From positions 79,794,001 to 79,858,000 of the forward strand of contig CM060731.1 in NCBI GenBank assembly GCA_030704615.1: DNA of 64,000 nt, written 5' to 3'. The position numbers and the translations under genes were made by a program. Shown piece after piece: positions 1-7,824 of the stretch (position 1 is its first letter; every line of letters starts with the position of its first letter). This DNA comes from Takakia lepidozioides (Eukaryota > Plantae > Bryophyta). The notes under the pieces were generated by a model. The model saw nothing but the letters and a program-made list of their open reading frames with translations, made no database searches and had not been told where the DNA came from.

Positions 1-1058
1 GGTTTCACGCACTTCTTGGCCATGTGCCCTGGCTCCCCGCAATTAAAGTACACCCCATCGAAGGTTGTCTTCTATCCGCCATAAGCCGCCGCACTTGATT
101 TTTCTTTCGGAACACCTAGTGCCGCCTCGACGTGCAAAGGCCCTTCCTTCGATTTCCATGTGCCATTGTCGCCGCGTGGCCTATCCCACTTCTTTTCCGG
201 TCGGAATGAGTCAGCCTCCCGCAGGATCTTCTTGTGGTTCAGCTTCGTATTGCCCTGTCGTTCGCCCCTAGGGACATCCGAGAAACATTCAGCCCTTTCA
301 ATTGCCTCGTTCAAAGTCTTTGGTGGCCTCTCCTCCAACTTCCGTCTGGCCCATGGGGCCTGTCCCGCCACAAAGTTGAAGACCATTGTTGGCCCCGCCA
401 TATCCGCGACTTCGAGCAACAACACATTGAAAGCCTGAACATATCCCCGAATGTCATCCGTTTGCTTCAAGTTCCTCATCTTGTCCCGGGCGAGCCAGGA
501 CGCGTTGAGAGGCATAAACTGTCTTTTCATAAGTTCCTTGAACCCACTCCAGCTCAAGGTTTCTGGGTTTGGCCCTTGGTCTCTGCCACCATTGTTGAGC
601 ATAGCCCCTCAAATAGGTGGGAGCCACTTCCACCCGATCCTCGTCTCTCAACTTGGCCACTCGGAAGTACTGCTCCAGCTCCAAGAACCAAGTGTTGAGT
701 GCCTTTCCATTTTGGACGCCCTCAAAGGTGTCGGGTTCCTTAGGCTTCACCTTAAACTTCGCCTTTGTGGAAGTGGCATTAGGCGCCCTCATCACGTCTT
801 TCAACGTCCCGCCAAAATGCGCCAACAACCCTTCTCAAAAGGCTACTGGCATGGGAGACATCTGTTGGTCTGGCGGAGCCTTTGGGAAGTCCTCGGGCTC
901 CGACTCCCCGGATTCCTCCCGCTCTTGAGCGGCCTCGCTTTCAGAAGCATAAATCGCCTCTTCCATTTGCCGCTTTGGTGACACGTCGCCCCACCGGGCT
1001 CACTGAGATCATCGTCTTTCGGGCCGTTCCGCTTTCGCTTTGTCTTGCCCGATCCCAT
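1..1058 (-). pseudogene. gag of the left Gypsy element, frameshifted
   Basis: ORFs 454-828 and 72-602 are consecutive gag pieces in different frames; the first Cys of the CCHC knuckle is mutated to Tyr. Confidence 0.8.
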
Positions 1059-1099
1059 AGTGAGGCCGATCTCAAGGACGATCGCGTATTGAACTCTAA

Positions 1100-1111
1100 G
1101 CTCTGATACCA
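1100..1111 (-). promoter_or_regulatory. Primer binding site complementary to tRNA-Met(i)
   Basis: TGGTATCAGAGC on the minus strand, 2 nt downstream of the LTR terminal CA. Confidence 0.92.
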
Positions 1112-1113
1112 AG

Positions 1114-1830
1114 TGTCGTGCACCTCGCTTTGGTAAACTCCCCTTCAAGTCATAGTTACTCACTTTGATGCGCGTGCCTAACTCCCAAACTGGCCGCCGG
1201 GCCAATTCGGAGCTTCGGCTGCTCACCAGGGCATAACGGTCCCCCTCACACTCCCACTCGACCCTCGACCTCTTGGGCTCAGTGGAAATTCCCTTTGGTA
1301 GATGGTAGTCCGGAACAGCTCCCCACTCCTTGGTCGCTTTCCGGCTCGCACGCTTACTCACTAGTTTTTGGTCACCAACGGGCTTGCACCGTTCTCGGGG
1401 TTACTACTCCCTATATATACTTCTGTAGGTGTATCCACAAGTAGCCAAGTCCAAATCTGGTGCACCACCACTTAGACCCTCGACTATCCCTGTGATGAGC
1501 CACGGTGAGTCTTGGCCCATCTACCACGGCCCCAATGGACCGTGGTGAGTCCCAAGACTCCCCACGACTCCCACCACAAGGCCTCAGCCTCATGGTGAGT
1601 CCTATGCCACCCCCACTATGACTCCCTACGCTACCACCACCCCTCGTGGAGCCCCCACCACCGCAACCCGGTTTGCGGGGCTCCACCTAGTGAGTGCCTC
1701 CGCCTCCTTGAGTGGCCTTCGGCACTCAAGGGCGCTTTAGCCCCCTTTCCTATTTGCTGCCACTACCCCCACCACAGGGGCAGCCCCTCTTGTGTCCCGA
1801 CCCCCGCCCTCAAGGCAAAGGGCCGCGACA
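1114..1830 (-). repeat. 5' LTR (~717 bp) of the left Gypsy element
   Basis: Terminal inverted motifs tgtcgtg (1114) and cgcgaca (1830); TATA-like TATATATAG at ~1411-1419; internal repeated GGTGAGTC/GACTCCC motifs; Copia coding sequence resumes at 1831. The partner LTR is outside the window. Confidence 0.75.
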
Positions 1831-2339
1831 TCATACCTTGAGGAGGAGGTCGACTACCTCGACTGTACCCCTGTCCAATCTGCCAGTCAGCTCCCTAGCT
1901 CTAATGGGAAACGTTCTTTAAAATACTTCTACTGCAAGATGACCAATCATGTTGTTAAGGACTGTCGCAAGCGCATTGCTGCAGAAAAGCAAGCTGCTCA
2001 AAATCTGGACAGACCAAAGGATGTTAGACGCTTGCTTGTCACAGCTACGTCTCCTACTCCTGCAAGGGATACTAGTTGGTACATTGATACCAGTGCCACA
2101 GGTCCCACATGGCCCATGATAGGAGTCACTTTCATACCTACACTTCTTTAGATCCTGCTCAAGTTGTCTATTTAGGAGACAACTCGACTCAATCTATTGC
2201 TGGCATAGGCGATGTATACGTTACCCTTCCTCATGGTGAGCCTATCATTATATCTAATGTTCTTCATGTCCCTGGCCTTACCAAGAACCTCTATTCCATC
2301 AAACACCTTGATTCTTCCAATGGCATAAAAGTATCATGA
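1831..2339 (+). mobile_element. Ty1/Copia remnant: gag zinc knuckle and protease, frameshifted and truncated
   Basis: YFYCKMTNHVVKDC (degenerate CCHC), WYIDTSAT (Copia protease WxxDSGA motif), VYLGDN...GIGDV...NVLHVPGLTKNLYS. Confidence 0.85.
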
Positions 2340-2379
2340 GGGCTGATCTGATTTGGATTGCGCTCTATGTTCAAGAAGC
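2340..2379 (+). mobile_element. LINE 3' remnant, left piece (target of the big insertion)
   Basis: TGC GCT CTA TGT TCA AGA AGC (CALCSRS) continues in frame at 14301 as CAT GAA TTT CTT GAA CAC TGC (HEFLEHC). Together they rebuild the LINE C-terminal CxxCxxxxExxxH zinc finger. Confidence 0.7.
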
Positions 2380-2464
2380 TGTCGTGCGCATACATATCGC
2401 TACACAACTACATCGCTGTCCAAACCACACCACACATATATGCACAATAAAGTAGTCTAGCACA
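2380..2464 (-). repeat. Repeat B, terminal copy (85 bp, TG...CA)
   Basis: Identical by eye to 2824-2908 (tgtcgtgcgcatac...gtctagcaca). Confidence 0.95.
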
Positions 2465-2465
2465 A

Positions 2466-2821
2466 TGATAAGAAAGCTAAAAGGACAAACACTCTCAACA
2501 CAAGAAATATGAAATCCCTCAACATCACTCTTTAAGATAATAGTCGAGCCAGGGGCACCCCAAGCTATGGGGACTCCACCCCACAACAACCTACACTCCC
2601 ATCATAAGCACACTCAGATCTGAAGAATGCAGGAGCTCGGTCGCGCAGGCTCAACTCGAGAGAGATGAGCTGCGCGACTGCCGCTCTCGTGAAGATAAGA
2701 CAGACCAGGTGTCAAAACTAAACTTGACACCTGATTTAACACTTGACCTAAATCCAAGTGTTAAATACAAATAACTAGTTTTATTCTAGCTGTTTTCACA
2801 CTGTGCTTATTTAACTTGACA
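2466..2821 (-). repeat. Repeat A, 3' copy (356 bp, TG...CA)
   Basis: Matches 13941-14296 with one mismatch found by eye (a2512 vs c13987). Confidence 0.95.
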
Positions 2822-2823
2822 GC

Positions 2824-2908
2824 TGTCGTGCGCATACATATCGCTACACAACTACATCGCTGTCCAAACCACACCACACATATATGCACAATAAAGTAGT
2901 CTAGCACA
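2824..2908 (-). repeat. Repeat B, internal copy (85 bp) directly after the polypurine tract
   Basis: Identical to 2380-2464; joined to A through the palindrome GACAGCTGTC (2818-2827). Confidence 0.95.
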
Positions 2909-2920
2909 ATCGCCCCCCTA
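2909..2920 (-). promoter_or_regulatory. Polypurine tract (plus-strand primer site)
   Basis: Minus strand TAGGGGGGCGAT immediately followed by TGTGCTAG, the start of repeat B. Confidence 0.75.
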
Positions 2921-3167
2921 GCTGGTGGATAGGTCCCTCTACCTCCAGATAGCTACAAGATGTAATAGCCACAGCCGTACTAAGTCCTCTATCACTGTCC
3001 CTATCGTGCTCAAACTCTATCAACCAAGAGGCCGGGTACAAGAGTAGCCCCATCGTTAGTCGCCGTCTTGCAATCTATGAACTTGAGCCAAGATCTCGTG
3101 TGTTCAAGGTCTCCTAGTAGCTGGGCCTTGCGTTTCTTGTTAGCCTCCATGGTTGTATCCACTCCCA

Positions 3168-6143
3168 CTATCCAATGCAATGTGGACATAACCAATCCCC
3201 ATCCGGAACCATCTCAAGAGGTGGAGTCAAGCATCCCATATGCCAACCTCTAGAGCACCGATCACACACCAGCATGGTGGCTGCCCCTTTAGCAGACCCA
3301 CACAACATGCACCTCAAACCTGCAGATACCACTGCCAGGTTTGGGTCAATCCTGCCATCGACATTCGGAAGGTGACATGGCGCACAATTACGCACATGGT
3401 CCTTCCAAGTTATGCCATCCCGACCCTCCAAGACCAAGACGCCTGAGGGCAAGACCTCTCGAACCCTCAAAATAACACGTCCTGCAGTCACATCCAGGGT
3501 CGTAGGAGCAGTCTGCTGCAGATAGACATAGTCACCAGGGTTGAATCTCCGAACCCCAGGACGATAGCCCCCACCACGTATGGTAGCATACCTCAACGTA
3601 TCACGGTGTTGTGCAATGGCAAGGTTCTCGAAAGCCATGGGCATGACTCTCTTGAACAACTCTGCACGCTGCTCACATGCACGTGCCCACACGTCCGGAT
3701 CGTCAAGGTTAAGAACTGTAGCAGCTTCTCTGCGAATGGATGTAGGCAAATCCGGCTCTCGGCCAAAGAGAAGAAAGTATGGTGAGAAGGAGGCAAGTGA
3801 TGCTTGCTTGCTGAACCTGTAGCCCATGGCTAACCAGGGTAACTGAAGGTCCCAATCTCCTAGGTGTCCCTTCTGCAAGCCATACTTGCGCAAACCCCTC
3901 TTTACTGTCTGAACAACTCTCTCTGCCAAGCCATCGGCTTCAGGATGATCCCGAGAAGTGGTGCGGTGGTCTATCAAGGCCTTGTCACACAAAGCCTGAA
4001 ACTCCCCCAAGAACTCTCTCCCTTGGTCCGTGAGTACCTCAGCTGGAGCACCGAATCGGCTAAGCACACAATCCAGGAATGCATACGCAGCTCCCTCACT
4101 AGCCTTATCAGGCAATGGAACCAATTCAATCCACTTGGAGAAGTGCTCCACCATCACCAACACGTACTTGTTGTGGCGCATGGTCAGTGGCAACGGCCCT
4201 GCGAAGTCAAGACTCCACCTGTAGCCCAATCCCATGATCGGAAGAGGGTGCAATTGTGGAGTAGGGGCGTTGAATGAAGCACGCACCCTGTCACACACCA
4301 TGCACCTAGCCACAAATTGTTGCACCTCTGTGTGCATACCACGCCACCAATACTGCCCCTGCAGTAGACTATGAGTGCGTCGCACCCCAAAATGCCCCAA
4401 CTCCTCATGGGCATGCCGCACTAACCGTGCCCGCTGTGTTGGGTGAGGCACAATCCTCACTCGACCATCCTCCCACACTCGGAGCAGGTGTGTCCCCTCC
4501 CACCTGAACCTCTTGGCTCGTTGTAGGATCCGATCCCTCTCCTTGGCAGTCATAGTGGCTGCCGTGTCTCCACTGCGGAGGTAGTCCAACACAACTGAAT
4601 CCTCATGTATATCTTTGGCGCCACCCTGCTCATTGCTGGCCTCAGGGTCCTCAGACACTTGATCTACAGTCATCCCTGTTGTAGGTCCAACCTGGCCTTC
4701 CGCTGCCAAGATACACAGAAATGCAGATGCATGCCATCCGGGCACCATCTCCTCGTCCGTCTCACCATGCCACCGAGCTCCAGTGTCATCCTGCTGGCTC
4801 GTGCATGGATTGCGACTCAACCCATCTGCATTTCGATTGACCAAACCCGGTCGATGCACCACCTGAAAGTCATACTCTTGAAGGATGAGTGCCCACCGTG
4901 CAAGCTTCCCCGTAAGCTTGTCTGACTCCATCAACCACTTGAGTGGTTGGTGATCCGTGACAAGGGTGAAGAGATTGCCGTATAGATAGCACCTGAAGTG
5001 TGCCACGGCCCACACTGCAGCTAAGCATTCTCCCTCATATGAGCTATACTTAGACTCTGCAGCATTGTTCGAGCGGCTAGCATAAGCCACTACGAACTCT
5101 CTTCCCTCATCATCCACCTGTGTGAGCACCGCTCCAAGCCCCAGCATGCTCCAATCTGTATGCAGCTGAAAAGGACGCCCCCTGATAGGTCGTCTCAAGA
5201 TGGGCGCCGAGGTCAACCTCGCCTTGAGCTCTTGAAAAGCTTGTTCTTGCTCATCTTCCCACTGCCACTCCTGGTCCACCTTGGTCAGCTTGGTTAGAGC
5301 CTTTGCAATGGCACTAAATCCCTTAACAAACCGTCTGTAATAGTTTGCTAACCCCATGAAAGCTCGAACTCGGCTCACATCCGTGGGGCGTGGAACCTGT
5401 GCAATGGACTCTACCTTAGTCTGCTGTACCCCCAATCCTCCAGGATATATCATGTGACCCAGATACTCAATCTGGTTGTGGAAAAACTTGCACTTGCCCG
5501 GATGTAACTTCAATCCGTGCGTCCTCAAGCGCTCAAATACCCCCTGAAGGTGTCTCTCATGCTCCTCCACCGTAGCACTAAAGATGATGATGTCATCTAT
5601 GTAGCACCGAGCAAACTCCACCCCTGCTAGAATCCTGTCCATGACTCTTTGAAACTCAGCGGGAGCGTTTTTAAGCCCAAATGGTAAGAACCGCCACTGG
5701 TATAGGCAATCCTTCCCGTGCTCATTGATCCCCCAGAATGCCGTCTTTTGCTTATCCGCCTCCTTGATCGGCAACTGGTGATATCCGGATCGTAAATCCA
5801 ACGTGCTAAAGACCTTGGAATGCCCAATGGCATCAAAGATCTCCTCTGGTGTTGGCATGGCATACCTATCGGACTTGGTCTGACGATTTACAGGCCGGTA
5901 ATCACCGCACATACGTCTCTCCGTCCAATTGCCATAGACATCCTTCTTAGCTGGCATCACTGTGGCTGAAGCATACTCTCCACCAGAGAGCTCCACCAAA
6001 CCTGCCTCCCAGAGATCTTGAGTCCTCATCTGAATCAAAGACCTCTCCATGTCACTGTATCTATAGGGTCTCCGAAAGATTGGCGTGTCAGTGGCCAACT
6101 CAATACGGATCTCTTGACCCTTCAGTGCTCCCAAGTCCTTCAA
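3168..6143 (-). CDS. pol: reverse transcriptase - RNase H - integrase (HHCC, DDE core) - C-terminal PHD finger
   Basis: Open 991-aa frame: RMCGDYRPVN, STLDLRSGYHQ, LPFGLKNAP, YIDD (Gypsy RT); LHTDWS...EGECLA (RNase H); HEELGH...CMVC, SLDFAGP, VLTDQGREF, HPEADGLAER (integrase); CMLC...CDRC...HMGC...WLCPHC (PHD, ~3177-3311). The frame continues upstream to a stop at ~6304. Confidence 0.95.
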   Translation of the reverse strand: MKDLGALKGQEIRIELATDTPIFRRPYRYSDMERSLIQMRTQDLWEAGLVELSGGEYASATVMPAKKDVYGNWTERRMCGDYRPVNRQTKSDRYAMPTPEEIFDAIGHSKVFSTLDLRSGYHQLPIKEADKQKTAFWGINEHGKDCLYQWRFLPFGLKNAPAEFQRVMDRILAGVEFARCYIDDIIIFSATVEEHERHLQGVFERLRTHGLKLHPGKCKFFHNQIEYLGHMIYPGGLGVQQTKVESIAQVPRPTDVSRVRAFMGLANYYRRFVKGFSAIAKALTKLTKVDQEWQWEDEQEQAFQELKARLTSAPILRRPIRGRPFQLHTDWSMLGLGAVLTQVDDEGREFVVAYASRSNNAAESKYSSYEGECLAAVWAVAHFRCYLYGNLFTLVTDHQPLKWLMESDKLTGKLARWALILQEYDFQVVHRPGLVNRNADGLSRNPCTSQQDDTGARWHGETDEEMVPGWHASAFLCILAAEGQVGPTTGMTVDQVSEDPEASNEQGGAKDIHEDSVVLDYLRSGDTAATMTAKERDRILQRAKRFRWEGTHLLRVWEDGRVRIVPHPTQRARLVRHAHEELGHFGVRRTHSLLQGQYWWRGMHTEVQQFVARCMVCDRVRASFNAPTPQLHPLPIMGLGYRWSLDFAGPLPLTMRHNKYVLVMVEHFSKWIELVPLPDKASEGAAYAFLDCVLSRFGAPAEVLTDQGREFLGEFQALCDKALIDHRTTSRDHPEADGLAERVVQTVKRGLRKYGLQKGHLGDWDLQLPWLAMGYRFSKQASLASFSPYFLLFGREPDLPTSIRREAATVLNLDDPDVWARACEQRAELFKRVMPMAFENLAIAQHRDTLRYATIRGGGYRPGVRRFNPGDYVYLQQTAPTTLDVTAGRVILRVREVLPSGVLVLEGRDGITWKDHVRNCAPCHLPNVDGRIDPNLAVVSAGLRCMLCGSAKGAATMLVCDRCSRGWHMGCLTPPLEMVPDGDWLCPHCIG

Positions 6144-6172
6144 ACTGAAGGCAAAGCAATTCCTGTAAGCCC

Positions 6173-7824
6173 TCAGGAACCGCCGTATACGTCGTCTCTC
6201 TCCTCCGGTGACAATGGGTCCAATGTCAGGCTCCCAATTGTCCTCCGTAACTGCAACCTTAAGTCCAGTGGGCTTAGAGGTAGAGGACGCGTCCCGTGGT
6301 TGCTATGCTGCAACCTCTTGAGCAGTACCCCTTCCTGCTCAGTCAATGACAAGGCCTCATCCTGCCCCATCATCTCATCATTGAGAACCTCCTCATCCCG
6401 AGAAGAATCCCCAACCTCATCCATCACAGCTGCCTTCGCTGCCAACTCCCTCTGAACCTCGAGCACCTCCCACATGTGCCATGGATGTCTACACCTCGTG
6501 GTCCTCACCGGCTCGCCCCCACTCGCTGCCTGTACCGTCTCGGTAGGCAGAGAGACCATCAAGGGAAGTGCACTCCGCACTCTACGTTGCTCAGCCATAG
6601 CCAAGCTGACAATCCAGGTCAAGCAATTGAGATCCATTGCTTGCCCCAACACCTGACGACGTGATGCCTCAGAAAGAGAAGGCACCGCCGTGGTCCCAGT
6701 GGAAAACCCCATAGCCCGCTCTCGCTCGTCGGCATTAGGCTCCACTAACTGCTGCAACTGAGCATCCCACAGGAGGCCAGGTCCACCATCCCGAAAAGCA
6801 TGGGATCCTGGGAAGCTGAGCAGTGTAGGTAATGCTGCTCGTGGTTGACCCACCCTGTTGACCACTGCCAAAGGCGAACGGTCATCGTGTCTCACACGTT
6901 GAGACTGCCTTCCTGTGTCCAAAATGCCATCCACGGTGAGGTGTGCTGGCCGCTGCACCCCATCAAATGCACGCTTGAGCAGTGCGGGTGGCATCAAGTT
7001 AGTCCACCATAGTCGTGGACGATGAGCCCGTGACCCCACTGCAGCTGCATCCAGCAATACTGCTGACCCAAGCCACGACCGGACTTGATGCACACTGGCC
7101 ATCACCCTGGCCCGAGAATCACCCATCAGTGGCACATTCTCCAAGATGTATGCCGGAGATACAGCCTGATGAAGCTGCAAGTGGCGCAAAATCCGCACCA
7201 TCTCCCAAAACAGACCCGTCCTCGAGTCTCGCAATCCATTGCCATGCCCGGCTGATGAATGCCCTTGGCAGGGCCAACCTGCCACTACCAGATCAATGGA
7301 GCCAACCCGCTCCAAATCCTGCGCCCCCAGCAACGCAATGTCTGCTGGCAAGGCCTGCTGATATCCACGAACTGCAGACACCGGCAACAACTCAGGGGCT
7401 GCTGCACCATCTGAGCAACATGGCGCAGTGAGACGCGTCGTGCAGTCTCATCCCTCTCCACATACAGGTAACGTCGAACTCGTACACCTGCCTGCAGCAC
7501 TGCAGCCAATCCAGTGCTGATCCCGCCAAATAAGTCCAGAAGGCATATGCCTTCATCCGGTCGCTGCCACACAAGAGGTGTGGTGTCCAATGGCGACAAC
7601 TGAGGTGGCCCTGGTGCAATCACCGCACTCTCCTCCTCTCCTGACGGTACAAAAGCTTCTACCCAAGCTTGTTGCACCCGTCCATCAGCAGCGTGCTGCA
7701 AATCCTTGCTCGTACCCCACAACGGAGTGTGAGCAACCATGGCAGGCAACTCCGCCGTACCATGCATGTCATCCTGCTCTGCTGGAGGTGGCACATCCTC
7801 TGCATGGGCATTGCCTTCCAGCAA
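6173..7824 (-). pseudogene. DNMT3-like cytosine-5 DNA methyltransferase domain inside the polyprotein (core ~7550-6610), one internal frameshift near 7395
   Basis: Motif I LDLFGGIS, II YVERD, IV DLVVAGWPCQG, VI YILENV, VIII AHRPRLWWTN, IX ERERAMGF, X RRQVLGQAM, in canonical (non-permuted) order, spread over ORFs 7285-7824 and 6173-7390. Confidence 0.92.

Larger units (their letters stand above)
1..1830 (-). mobile_element. Ty3/Gypsy LTR retrotransposon, 5' part (LTR + PBS + gag); continues beyond the left window edge
   Basis: On the minus strand an LTR with inverted TGTCG...CGACA termini (1830-1114) is followed by the tRNA-Met(i) PBS TGGTATCAGAGC (1111-1100). Then come Gypsy-type gag fragments (PDTFEG...WFLELEQYF; SWSGFKELMKRQF...LKQT...YVQAF) and a zinc knuckle YFNCGEPGHMAKKC at 1-50. 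Confidence 0.9.

Noticed and set aside
1114-1121. TGTCGTGC shared between the left Gypsy LTR end and repeat B
   Set aside because: Only 8 bp of att-like consensus with no further similarity; not evidence of relationship.
2377-2910. Solo LTR A with a ~90-bp target-site duplication
   Set aside because: Far too long for a TSD; B has its own TG...CA ends, sits right after the PPT, and lies inside the AAGC duplication.
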